DNA of 64,000 nucleotides from Takakia lepidozioides (taxonomy: Eukaryota; Plantae; Bryophyta): positions 28,644,001 to 28,708,000 of the forward strand of contig CM060733.1 in the NCBI GenBank assembly GCA_030704615.1, in the 5' to 3' direction. The position numbers were made by a program, and so were the translations under genes. The notes beneath the pieces are model-generated. The model made no database searches and was not told the origin of the DNA. It was given only the letters and a program-made list of their open reading frames with translations. Below, piece by piece: positions 36,582-49,564 of this stretch (its first letter is position 1; each line of letters opens with the position of its first letter).

Positions 36582-39222
36582 GATTACATATCTTATCATT
36601 TAGTGCATGGAACACACAGTTCCCACATGCTCATTTCTCATTTATACCCTCTCTCCCTCTCTCTCTCCCTTTCTAGGCTATGGCAAACAATGTCTCATGA
36701 GTACATTCTCTCTCTTTCGGTCATGGGGCCTCCCCCCCTCCCATTGCTATGGAGATCATAAGGTTTCTTTCTTTGTTTCACTTTCCCAGTGTAAGCTTTT
36801 ACAGGTCAAGTACAGTTTTAGCTGTTCATTTTCTGATAATTTTTGGAATGTTCCCGTAGGGGTTATGCATCATATAGCTCAATCAGAGATTTTTCTTTTG
36901 GTGCTTAGTGTAATCAGGATATTCCACATATTTTTTCAAGCTTTTCCCAACCATTTGTTACAATGTATGTGGCTGAATTGGCCGCTTTTCTGCAATTTAC
37001 AGTGTCACCGATGTGATCACTTCACCTCCATTTGGAGTCAGGGTGGAAACAGCTGCAAGCGCTGAACAGGAATAGTTTGGTCCAAAAACTTTGTCAGTGT
37101 CCCACTTTGGAAAGGTTACAGATTATCTGCCAATGGGGCAAATATGCAAAATCCAGCTGTGCTGAGCACAAGTGTAGAGATTGTTGTTTGAGGAAAGTTA
37201 AGTCTTTTGAGACCAAATATGGCAACAGTAGTTAATCTGAGGCAGCTTCGCCACTCGTGCAGATTGAGAACGAGTCTCCAAGGTCAATGCTGATGATGAT
37301 ACTCTCTGGCCTCAATGGTTACATGCACGCCTATCAGATGTTGAAGACAGCCCACCTCCTAACCTCAAGTCGAGTGCAGGGCTGGCACCCAACGCACGTT
37401 AGCTCTGCCTGCGACATTCTTCTCCTCCTTCTACGCATGCGAGGGCCCACTGTCTGCAAGCTCTGTTTTTTCCCGAGGAAGATTGTAACAAAAAAGTCGA
37501 AGAAACTTGGGTGGGGTGGGCTAGTAATGGCAGGTAGTGGCAGGCTAGATCCACTAGGCCGGCTTGTCCTGGCAGCAAGACAATGTTGCACGTTTGAGGG
37601 ACGGTACCGATTTGATTTCAGCCTTTGAAGTGGCAGATCACTACTTGTTTGATCATGAAGCATAATCCAACAGTGCTGGCCCGGAGAGCGTAATGTTGAC
37701 TCCAAAATATTTCGGGGAGTGTTTTGGGGCCCCACACAAGATCGGCGTGCGTTCCCTTTGACCCAGGGAGGTTCATGGAAACGTGACCAGAATCGCATGG
37801 ATGGTGGGCAGCAGCAACCACGAAACGTCATCGCCTCTGTTCCTCCCCAAGAAGAAACAAATTGTTAACTACAAAACAAAATCACACTCGGGGATGGAAA
37901 GTGCCCTCGGGGTCCTTTGTGCACACAAGGAAAAGTTTAGCTCGACATTGGAAACATTCGCACCGTCCAGACGTAGGATGATTTGTTCGTGTACTGTGTG
38001 AGTTGAAACCACTAGTCTGTATGCCTTGATGGCATCTCAACCACCTAAATGTTCCTCACCAACCAAACAGAAAACAGAGCCGGGAAAATATACCTGTTTA
38101 GAATCTATGCCATAATTCTTACGCCCTCCAATTTACTATGGAACAACCTGACAAACATACCCACCAGCTTCAAAGCACTTCATGTCTGCAGTTCCAAGTT
38201 CCAACGTCTCCTCCAGCCTGACCAGAACTTAGCAAGGGACTGATCCAGAATTATATGAGAACAACTTGGTGAATCCATCATCGAGTACATAGTGGAACTT
38301 AGAGAAGGTACCTAACCGTAGGTTGCTTTTTGTCTCATCTAAAGCCAGGCGGTGTGTGTATCATGTATGTACTGGGGTACCTCAGAAGATGAGATCCAAC
38401 TCTGGTTCACCACTTGAGTTGACTTTGAAGTCTGCGTACCTGTATGAAAAACAAAGAAAGAAGAATGAGTTTGGTAACTATCATTCTCTCCGGAGTCCGG
38501 AGATGCCATGTCATCGCATTGAGTACGCATACCCAACAAAAAAAGAATCTTGGGTTCTGCAAATTGACTTTCTTCCTCGTTTGTTCCTGATGTTAACACG
38601 TGTGGCGTCATGTTAAAATCGGGCTCCAGGAATGAAGGCCATGCTGCTAGCGATGAAACAGGAAGAAAAATAGGAAGATGTTTGGTGTGCCAGGCAAAGG
38701 TCCCCTTTTCCTTGGCCACAGACTTGCGTTTCTGGGGAGCTCTGGTAATCACATACAGTAGGTGTGAGGAGACACACACCTCGAGTCAATGCTGTGCTGC
38801 ATTATCTCAGGTGGGTCAGTGAGACAGGGAGGAGAGAGATGAGCGTGTGAAGAGGCAGGGGGGAGCGCAGGTGGGGTGGGTCCGAGAGATGTGGCCACAC
38901 GGAGGTGAGGAGGGCTGGCAATCAGGAGACAAGAGGGAGGGAGCAAGTGTCACCTTAGGGCTTGTTGTGATGGCTAGTTTTTTGATGTCCGAGTGCCGGA
39001 GGCGTCTCAGTCCAACGATCAAGGAGCCCCCATCCTTCACTTCATACAGACATGTACTGCATGAAAGTTGACAGATTCTTTGTGGAGAGGAAGAGAGGTG
39101 AGATAGCAGTAAAGGGGAAAATATATATATGAGAGGATCGGTACTCTCTAGTCTACTGATGTGTAGTTTCAGCGCTTGTCTTTAGCCCCCAGAGATAGAG
39201 GCAGACAGAAAGAGAGAATGCG

Positions 39223-42200
39223 ATGGGCAACGTTGTGTCACGGGTGGTGGGGTGCTTTAAGCCCCGACGGGATGACAATGGCGGGCCAGATGTTGCTTTC
39301 TCAGAGCCTTTGGACGAAGGGTTGGGCCATTCGTTCTATTATGTCCGCCCCGCATTGGCCTCGCCCGCCCACTCTCCCGTCCAGCAGCAATCGGAGGAGA
39401 TCTCTTCAGAATTTGTCCTCAATTCTGACACCACTTCAGAATCGGATGCCCACAGCGGGGAGTATATGAGAGGACTTCCCAACGTCGATTCTGAGAAAAT
39501 AAGGGATGAATCAGAGCTCAAACTGGTGGAGAGATCTAGAGTTGGCTGGGAAAAGCCCAAATTTGTGGGCAACGACAAATCCAAAAGCCTGTCGGAGACC
39601 TCTTTCAAGGCAATATCAGGTGCATCTGTCAGCGCCAATACGACCACCCCCCGCTCCGTTAATTCGCTAGAACAGTTCAATTCCTTCTCTAATATACCCT
39701 ATGATCGGGCGGCTGCTTTTGAAAGCACATCCTCCTTTAGTGCCATTCCTCTCCAACCTGTTCCCAGGGGCGTTATTGCCAACTCGGGTCCCATCTCAGG
39801 ACCTCTCTCAGGTCCCATGTCCGGGCCCCTTGACAACCGGGGCTTTCTCTCAGGGCCTTTGGAGAGAGGATTTCCTTCAGGTCCTTTGGAGAGGGGATTC
39901 ATGTCAGGTCCATTGGAGAGAGGGTCTATGTCTGGGCCGATAGAGCCAGTGGATCGCACCCACTTCTCTGCACCCTTGGCAGGTCCCTTCCCCAAGAAAA
40001 GGAGGAGTTCTCTTGCCCGGTTTGTAACAACAATGAGCGGACCAGTAAGGAAAGCCATAGCCAGAACTGTGTCAAAGACATCAGCCACTCTTGCACGCAC
40101 CCAGCGATCTCTTGTCCTTCCCATGAAGCACCTCGTCTTGGGCGAGGGGAGGTACAAGGATCGTCCGAAAGGTTCTATAGACTCACCATTGGATATGGTG
40201 AGCTACACAAGTTCAGAACCAGATTTGACTGAGAGTGACAACCTTCAATGGGCACAGGGCAAGGCTGGCGAGGACCGTGTACACGTTGTATTGTCTGAAG
40301 AGCACGGGTGGCTATTTGCAGGCATCTATGATGGGTTTAATGGTCCCGATGCCACTGACTTTCTCATGAGTAATTTGTACCCAGCAATCTATAGAGAGCT
40401 TAAGGGACTTCTTTGGGATCAGAATGAGGGCTTTGATTTTTCCAATTGCAGCCCAACTGCAGGAGGAGGCAGTGGTTTAGGAGGGGTGGGATCATATGGG
40501 CCGGGAGGAAAAGACGTTGAGGGGCAAGGTGGGAACTTTCTAGATCGGCTGAGTCCAGTGGCCTTGGATCATCATGTTTGGGAGGCATTTGAAAATAATG
40601 GGGGCTCTACTGGTGTGGAGCTCAACAGTGGTAGAGCTGAGGATGATGAGAGAAACAAGTTAAGAGATGGGCAGAACATAGATCAAACTCATCCATGTTC
40701 TTTGCCTGTAAGAACTGTGGAGGAAGCTGGTTTCAGTTCTGCAACAGAGCACCAGCATGAAAACTGCCTGCTGGCATTACATGGCAATGACACTGACAGA
40801 GATTTCTTACAAGTGAATGGAAACATGCTGGACTGTTGTCCATGTTCTTGGGTTGAAAGTGCAGTGGATGATGAAGCTGTACACAATTCGGCAACAGACA
40901 ACCAGCATGCAGAATGCATACTGGCTGAAAACAGTCTGGACTGTATCTGTCAGGTAGAGAAGATGGTGCGTGTGGATGAGGGAATTCAACAAAGGGGTGC
41001 AATGGAAGGAAATGAGCAAGCAGAAAAGAGCCCCAGGCCATCGGCAAATGGGTCCAGTGCTGAGGGAATGCTAATGCTGGAACAGGACAAAAAGCTTCAG
41101 GATAGACTAAATTTAGACCAGGCAGGTGACGAGGCTCCTCTGGTTGTAGAGTTGCAGCTGGACAAACTGGAGCAGACTGTGCCAGACTTAGAACAGAAGT
41201 CAATTAAAGAGAGGAATCTATTGGGCCTGAAAGTGCGGCAGTTGCGTGATCACCACCGTGAACAGCACCGAAAGTACTTGAAGTGGAGGTAGAACTAATC
41301 ACATTGGAGATTCAAGTTTGATGCCATGGATTTTTTGCCACTCTTGGGTGTTCTTTCTGTGTCCTAAAGCATTATTGATCAACCACGCTGGAGATATGCT
41401 TTTCTAGATAGATAGGCTTCTTGTCACAACGAGTTGTTTTGCTTTCTAGCTAGAAGCTTCTTATTGCTCAATTTACAGGATGTCTATGTAGTATAGGTAG
41501 ATGGATGCACACTTATCAAGTTAGAAGAACTTCTGTTGGTCTGTCTGTCGTGCAGTAGTTCTCATATGAGATTTTTAGTTAATTTTTAATCTGTTCAGTC
41601 TCTGTTCAATTGTGGGTAGGTCTGACTGGGAGCAAGAAAGGCTGGTGGCTGAAGAGCGACTCAGAGAGAAACTTCAACAGGAGCACAAGGCCCGAGATGA
41701 CAACAAGGGTTCTGTCGATCACAATGCCGTTTTGAAAGCACTGGCCCGAGCACTGGAAACAACGGAAGATGCCTATTTTGAAATGGCTGACAGGTAGTCC
41801 TTTGCTCTGGTGGTACGAGAGATTTTAGCATGGTTTGGAGGCACTCACTACATGCTTTCTAAATCTGAAACCATCGGGGTTTGTATCTTGGGGAAATCTG
41901 TAACGTCCTATTTCCCCCCTCCTCTAAAAAATCAGCCTCTGCTCCATCTCTGTTCCCCCCTTCCCCCCTCTCTCTTTCGTAATTCTACTGTGTCCCATTC
42001 TACTGAACCCTGATGGACGTATTTGTCTTCTGGTTCTCTCTCTCTCTTCCTGCGGCTACAGCAGACAAGTCTTCTGATCCTGCAGATGCAAGTTTTTCTT
42101 TTTTCTTTTCTCATGCAAGATTGTTTTTGATTGGCAGGGTGTTAGATGAGAATCCTGAACTCGCGCTTATGGGATCCTGCGTGCTTGTAATGCTCATGAA

Positions 42201-45200
42201 GGATGAGGATGTATATATCATGAATGTTGGCGATAGTCGTGCAGTTCTTGCTCAACAGCGACTCAAACAGTGCCCCAACAGTTCTCTCTCAAAATTTACC
42301 CGCGGGCAGTTATATTCACAACCAGATGGCCATAGGTCAGATGAACCTGAACGAATTGGGGCTCGCGACCCGTTGTTGCGGCTGGAACTGGAGAGGATTA
42401 TCGAGGAGACTCGTACAGAATTGGAGGCTGTTGAGACTTCATATGATACCAGCAGCCTGGCGGCTCCTGTACCAGGTGCATCATTGTTGGATGCCTTGCA
42501 GCTATCATCCGATCACAGCACTAGCATTGATGAGGTAGATAATAACCCCATGTCAGAGAACCTTCCTTCTCTTTTGCGTAATGTTTGCTCTCCATAAGTT
42601 GTGATGTACCTTTTGGGTGATGCTACTCATGAAACATACTGTGCAAGTGCCTGTTTTGAAGCTTGTCGATGCCTATTTTAAGAAATCTGAATCTGGGTGT
42701 AGTTCCTGCTGTGGCACCTTGTCATGCCATGATTCCGCCACAGCGAGTTTGAAACTCTGTTAGTTGAAGTTGTGTACACCTTCTCTGTGTATGGATATCT
42801 AGGAAGTGCTGAGAATAAGAGCAGAGCATCCAAGTGATGACACCATTATCTCCAATGACCGCGTGAAAGGGAGATTGAAAGTGACCCGGGCATTTGGTGC
42901 GGGGTTCCTCAAAGAGGTATTATTCTTTCCTCACCACACTGCATATCTGGTGCTGGAATGGACCTCTCTCTCTCTCTCTCTCTCTCTCCCTTAACCATGC
43001 TTTGTCGCGTTATTAGACCTGCCTTGGAGTACGGATCTGCTATATGGGTTGATAACTCCAACCAGGCTAAGTCTCTAGAATCCATTCAAGTGGGGGTGCT
43101 TAAGGAGTGTATGTCAGCATGCTCCAAAACAGCCAATGTGGCTGTTCGGGGTGAGTTTGGCATTCCGTCCTTAAGCTCCCGACGAGATGAATTCAAGGTC
43201 AGATGGTGGGGTCAGCTGCAACACATGCCCAACACCAGATATCCTAAGTTAATCGACTCTATATCTTGGAAACAGGACCGCCCTGTCAAACAGGCTAAGT
43301 CCTGGCAGAAGAGAGTAGAAGAGATCCTCAAGGACCTGGACCTGGATCCGCAAGTCTTGACCCTGCTGGATAAATCTGACTTAGAGGCTGTAGTGTCCTC
43401 AGCCATGTCTGTTGCCATGAGATTGTCTGATGAAAATGAAGTTAGGCAGAAAACTTCCCTGAACTTGTTTCCAGTCTGTGACGTGGGGGAGGACATCTTG
43501 GATGACCTCAAGGGTCTACCCACTCTCGGCACTAGACTGAAATTTAAACTCAGGGCAGGAAGCCTACCTTTGAACAGCAAACAGAAGCAGAGAGGAAAGG
43601 GAGAGTGCAATTGCCCGTTGTGTGGGCAATCTGAAGACAGTATTCATTTTCTGATACACTGTCCGGGGTTCTCTCACCAAAGAGACGCTCTCTTCAAATC
43701 TATTAAGGGAATTGTGCCTGTACCCCTGTTTACCAACTTTGAAAGTCTCGAGGCTGAGCCAAAAGCCCAGGCCCTCCTGAGGCCTAGTTTTTGGGCAAAT
43801 CACACACAGCAGATTGATGCTTGTGTGAAGGGATTTCTAGAGGATATCTGGAAAACCCGGATTAATTCTTTATATGGAGGTAAGTCTTACTACCAACGTC
43901 AGCCCCTGACAGAGGTAGGTTCTGTCCCTTTTGTTCCCGCTCAAACTGGGCGCGGGGTCAATGGCCACAAGGCTACGGCAAACAACGTCTTATGAGTACA
44001 ATCTCTCTCCCCTTAACCCGCAAGTCTTGACCCTGCTGGATAAATCTGACTTAAAGGCTGTAGTGTCCAAAGCCATATCTGTTGCCAGGAAATTGTCTGA
44101 TGAAAATGAAGCTAGGCAGAAAACTTCCCTGAACTTGTTTCCAGTCTGTGACATGGGGGAGGACATCATGGATGACCTCAAGGGTCTACCCACTCTCGGC
44201 ACTAGACTGAAACTTAAACTCAGGCCGGGAAGCCTACCTTTGAACAGAAGCAGAGAGGAAAGGGAGAGTGCAATTGCCCGTTGTCTGGGCAACCTGAAGA
44301 CAATATTCATTTTTTGATTCACTGTCCGGGGTTCTCTCACCAGAGAAACGCTCGCCTCAAATCTATCAAGGGAATTGTGCCTGTACCTCTGTTTACCAAC
44401 TTTGAAAGTCTCGAGGCTGAGCCAAAATCCCAGGCCCTTCTGGGGCCTAGTTATTGGGCAAACCACACACAGCAGATTGATGCTTGTGTGAAGGGATTTC
44501 TAGAGGATATCTGGAAAACCCGGATCAATTGTTTATTTCAAGGTAAGTCTTACTACTGACATCAGCCCCTGACAGAGGTAGGTCTGTCCTTTGGTGTTCC
44601 GCTCAAACTGGGTGCGGGGTCAATGGCCACAAGGCTACGGAAAACAACGTCTTATGAGTACATTCTCTCCTGTGTGGTCCAGTGGCCACAAGGCTACGGC
44701 AAACAATGTCTTATAAGTACTTATTCTCCCCTGTGTACATGATACATGTCTTCTTCTTTCAGAAGCGAAGTCTTCTTCTCCTCTGCAGAGTCATACTATG
44801 AGCCTATTCAGAGCCTTTGATGAACAATTGACTGCATAAAAGGGCCTTTGATGCTTGGCTTCAGGTGAAGTTCACGCTTAGTTAGCTGTCTACCTCTGTA
44901 CAGTAGTTTGTGCAACTCGGATTAGAGAATTCACTTTGTCATCATGGAGGCATGAGCTTGCATAATATAGATTTGCGCCAGTGTTTGATGCCCCGAGTTC
45001 TCCAAATCAAATTGGTGCCAATTACGTCGGACAAATTTTCCCTAACGGCTGCTAGATCTGAGTGGTGGGTTTCCTCAAAATGATCTCAGGTTCTTGCACT
45101 AAAGGAATGTGTGATGTTTAACTTGCAGACCAAATGGAACAATGCTCTGCTGGAAATGTTCCGTTGCGATTTCAAAGGCACAGGTCCTTATATCACCTGC

Positions 45201-46374
45201 AATCCCTTTCTCCACCACCAGAGGCTGGGCCCACAAGACCACTTTTTGGTGCTTTCATCAGACGGCTTGTACCAATATCTCAGCAATGAGGAGGTAGTTT
45301 CCCATGTGGAATGGTTCATGGAAAAGTTTCCTGAGGGGGACCCTGCTCAACATCTCATTGAGGAGCTTCTGTTTCGTGCTGCTAAGAAAAACGGTAGGGA
45401 AACACCTTCAGAACCTGTTTGGGAACTTTGCAAACTCTTAGGCAGTAAATTGGGGTAAGGGAGTGTCGCCCATTGCTTGTGGGCCTGGCTTGTGGGACTG
45501 TAGGTAGCTTTTAACAGGAGAAGCCTGGGAAATCCATTTGCGTGCTGGGAAGAACACTTATTTGTGTTGACTATGGACACAATTGTGTAAGTTCAAGCTG
45601 AACCGATCTCAATTGCTGAAGGGTGCCAAGGAGCTGGTGGTGTAGCAGCCTCTCCCTATGTAAGGCCCAATATTGGATGTGCCCACCAGGGGTAGCAGTC
45701 GCAGTCATGGATTCTACGGTGTAGGAATGGCCATTTCAGATAGGTCAGCCTGATGGAAAAAGTCTGGATAGCCTGTTTCCTGTTAAACTTGGAAGGCTTT
45801 CCCTACACTTCTTGTAAGCTTTGTTTCTCTGAAGACGTGCTTACTATAAATTGGGGATCAAATCAGGTAGATTGGTGTGTTACCAAAGATTTTGGTGAGA
45901 CCCAGGTTCTGATGTAGCTAGCCTTCAGCAGGCCAGTGCATTTCTAATGCCATGCCCAAGATTTATTTGATGTGCAGCAGAGTGGAATGATCCAGCATTC
46001 TGGGTTAGTTTTGCCCTTTTTCTGAGGTTTGATCCACTCAGAAACTCCTCCCTTCAGCGACACTCAAAATCTGCCCAACTTGCTTGTTCCAACTTCCCAG
46101 GTTTGGCTGTCAAGCCCAGATTTCCAGCATTAGACATGGCATCTCAGCCAACTCCTGGAGGGTTAGTGTCCTCCAGGGCTTGGGCTGTGGCAGTGCATTT
46201 TTCAAAGTTAATTTTTTCAATATTATTTCTTGAAATACGCTGTCACTGGTGGGTACAGGTATGGAGTTTCATGACCTTCTGGACATTCCACAAGGTGATC
46301 GCCGCAAGTACCATGATGATGTTTCAGTGCTGGTGATCTCTCTTGAAGGCAGGATCTGGAGATCCTCAGGTTGA
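39223..46374 (+). CDS. POLTERGEIST/PLL-type protein phosphatase 2C (plant clade C), multi-exon
   Basis: [34 protein letters not shown] repeats, [59 protein letters not shown], and last exon [24 protein letters not shown]. Confidence 0.95.
42997..44725 (+). mobile_element. Three stacked 5'-truncated copies of one LINE in a PP2C intron
   Basis: Copy 1 (42997-44000) is an open ORF2 tail with [11 protein letters not shown] and [14 protein letters not shown]; copy 2 spans 44019-44662; mini copy 3 spans 44676-44722; all end in TAT(G/A)AGTAC. Confidence 0.85.
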
Positions 46375-48589
46375 GCCTCGGACCCTTGAGGTCTGGTAAC
46401 TCTTACACGTGAGTTGGAGCTATTGGATTGACCACATTCATTAGAGAGACTAGCACACCCCTAACACCATGGGTCATTCATTCTTGTAACATTACTTCGA
46501 ATAATGGGGGTAGCTTGCGAGCCTCCCATTTCAGAATGATGTGCCTCTGGGTATCTCTTATAAGGGTATAATCCAACAAGCATCAATGTACTCTGTCAAT
46601 GTGACTCACTCTTGCTTGTTAGGTGGCAGTTCAATCACTCAAAAGATACAGTAATTAGCTCCTGTGACCTATGGTGTATTCTTAGACGCCTATGGTATAG
46701 ACTCTTGAATTTTGTCATTGGTATGTGTTGGTTGAAGTTTATCAAGTGCTGTAATTTGGCATTCATTGTCCCACTTGTGTGTTTCCTTGTTGGTTTTGTG
46801 AGTGCACACTTGTATCTCTCTGTGTCATGGTGTGGTTGCAGAGCACCAACTTGAAGTTGCTTCACACCTTCGATCTCAGCCACTCACAACAGCTGTGGGC
46901 AGTTTAGGATCCTCTCTGCAACCTCTATGGACTGTCCAGCTTTCCTCAAGACATTGAAAACTCTGACTTGGCTCCCCCTCAAAAATGAAGCTGTAAGTTT
47001 CATTTTCATGCACAACAGGCTACTCGCTGCCACCTGTCCACCCGCTCACCACGTGTCGGGGGTGGATTTGAGATGCTGGAAATAAAAAACTGAACAGCAA
47101 ACTGTCCGGATGATGATGTGCTGACCGCAATAGGCTCAGTGGAACCAAATAAACTATCAGGAGGCTTGCCCGGTATAAAAAATCTGCGCATAGGTGGTAA
47201 TTGATACATTCTAGGCATAGATGGCTCTTGTGTAGTATTCAGATCTGGTGTAGAATTGGCCAAATCTAGGCGGATTTTAGAGATAGAAGAAGCCAAACCA
47301 ATAGAGAGGAGATAGTGGTGCACAAAAACCTGATAAGAAGATTTGGTAGTAATATGGTTAATAAATTGATAGAGATGAGGGAAAGCTAGCGGCGACCTGC
47401 AAGTCCTCCCAAACATTAGAATTTTGGATTAATCTAGCTTCTAATTGGAAGATAATAGAAATGAGATAAGAACTTAATGCACATGTGCAACCTCTCACAG
47501 GATGGTAGTTTCCGGCATGTCAAATTTTCCCCACCCTCTCTTGAGAGTGACATGGAACTGAAGGAGTGTAAATCTAGTCGGGGTTATGCTGGGTTACATA
47601 ATGAGGAGTGTAAGTCCACTTGGGGTTACACTAGGTTACACGGCGGGGTGTGTAACTCCACTTGGCGAAATTCGACTGTCTAAATTTGGCTAAAGTATAA
47701 AATGGACTAAGAAGAGTTACATGAGAGACCGGGGTTACAAAGTGTTACAACATTTGGGATACTGGTGCCCGGGTTATACTACAATAGCCTCCCATCAAGA
47801 ATCGAACCCAGTATCTTGCCACATGCACTACCCACACGTGACTGCAGACCTCAAATTTGCAACACAAGAAAAAAGGGCTCGAAAGAAACTCAAATCATCC
47901 CTTATGGGAAGCTTTCGCAATTGCAAATCACAAGTGGATTTCTCTGAAAAGGTGGGCCAAATGTGGAGATAGTCTCTTTGAGAGATTTGGTAACTTGCAC
48001 ACTTAGTACCAGGTCTGTCGTAACTACCTCCCAGTGAAGGCATTAGCCCAATAATTGAAGGAAATAACAAGCCAAACAACTCAGCTGGATCAGTTATTTC
48101 AATTACTTAGAGGGCTCTGCAGAGAAGTCAAATCTTCACTCTAGATGACTCCTCTTGTTATTCTAACGATGACCGAAGGTCGGAAGCTAGTTTAGCGTAG
48201 AGCAGGAATAGGGATCATAGTGCCACGTCATCGTCGTTACGTTTCATCGCCACGTTTCGTCGTCAAATTTCGTCAATCTGCCCAAACTGCCCGTCTAAAA
48301 ATCACCAATAGAATTTGTCGCGCAAAGTGTTTCGAGACTACCCAAATTGCCCGTTTCTTGAACTTCTTGAACCGCAGGAGGGGTTTCACAGGTCGCGAAT
48401 CGGAGATGGAGACGTTCACAGATTATGAATACACAGCAGGAGCTCTCATGATGGTGGGACAACCGCAATCGCCAGGTGTGGCTTTTCTTAATGTACGATG
48501 TGAAGAAGTTTTTCCATCCTGCAAATGTGGGCTCTTAGTACCATGATTTGGTCTTCTTCCTGATGTTTACAAGGCTCTTGGGAGATTCA

Positions 48590-49540
48590 GCTTGGTCTTA
48601 GCAGGCCGTGTTTCAATCTCTGCCTGCTCAACTGCACCGTGGTGGTACAGACCAATCTGGCATTACCTGACTACAGACACAAGCAGCACACATAGAGGTC
48701 ATTTTTGGGTTGATGGTCGGCAGGTCAAGGACAACGCAGTGAGGGCATCTTCTTCTTCGACCTATTTCAGCCTGTTTTGCCCTCTCATCAGATTCAGCCC
48801 TGAGATGTGGGTCCAGATTCATCCAAGAGGGCCGGATTTCAAGCTCCGGCTCACCTATGATTCCCTGTGGAAGGATAATTACAAGAAATCTGCATGGGGT
48901 AGATGGTCAATTGGAAGCCGCAGCAGCAGCGGTACAATTGATAAAATCAGGCACTGTTAATGAAGGCACCTTCTTCAACACATTTCACCCTGTTTTTCTC
49001 ATTTGTCAGAATCGGCCATGAATTTCCATGTTGAATTTTGCAAGTTAGCTGGTTGAGTGAATCTAGTTTGGAGTGACTTTGACATGATACTGCCAATGTG
49101 ATAACAGTAACGTATCCAAAAACAGGTAGCAGAGATGAGGAGAAGGTGTGGATAGGAACTAGTGTGATTGGGCGTTTCCTAGGCTGTCATTGTCAGCTGC
49201 TAGCAGCAAGGGCAAAGATGAATGCATGATTTGTGCAGAGGCATGGATAGCTGAAGAAGAAGGGATAGAGTGTGGGTCCAGATTTATCCAAGAGGGCCAG
49301 ATTTCAAGCACAAGATTACGTATAATTCCATGTGGATCAATAGCTACAAGAAAGCGTAGATGGTCAGCTAAAGGCAGCAGCTGCAGCGACACACTTGATA
49401 AAATCAGGCACCTCAATCATGACCACAGCTTCTGAAAGGGGATCAAGAGAGGGAGTCCACAAAGCCTCTTCTGGCACTTCTAGGCATGTGAAGATGCTTT
49501 GTGTGGCAGGCAGACTGACAGAGGCTCTACAGACTTTAAA
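48590..49540 (+). pseudogene. Two YKKPAW modules plus a PPR-gene N-terminal fragment
   Basis: Same module as at 8180-8360 and 15960-16120; ends with HVKMLCVAGRLTEALQTL, typical of the region before the first PPR motif. Confidence 0.6.
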
Positions 49541-49564
49541 CCCAAGGCGGCATTTCAGCAGATT

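Noticed and set aside
36607-39100. Several 60-165 aa ORFs between LCB1 and the PP2C gene
   Set aside because: No recognisable domains; consistent with chance ORFs in UTR and intergenic DNA.
39780-39950. 15-bp SGPLE/RGF tandem coding repeat as a novelty
   Set aside because: SGPL repeats are a known feature of POL/PLL phosphatase N-termini.
47490-47770. GGTTACA repeats suggesting a MITE
   Set aside because: No clear TIR or TSD could be defined.
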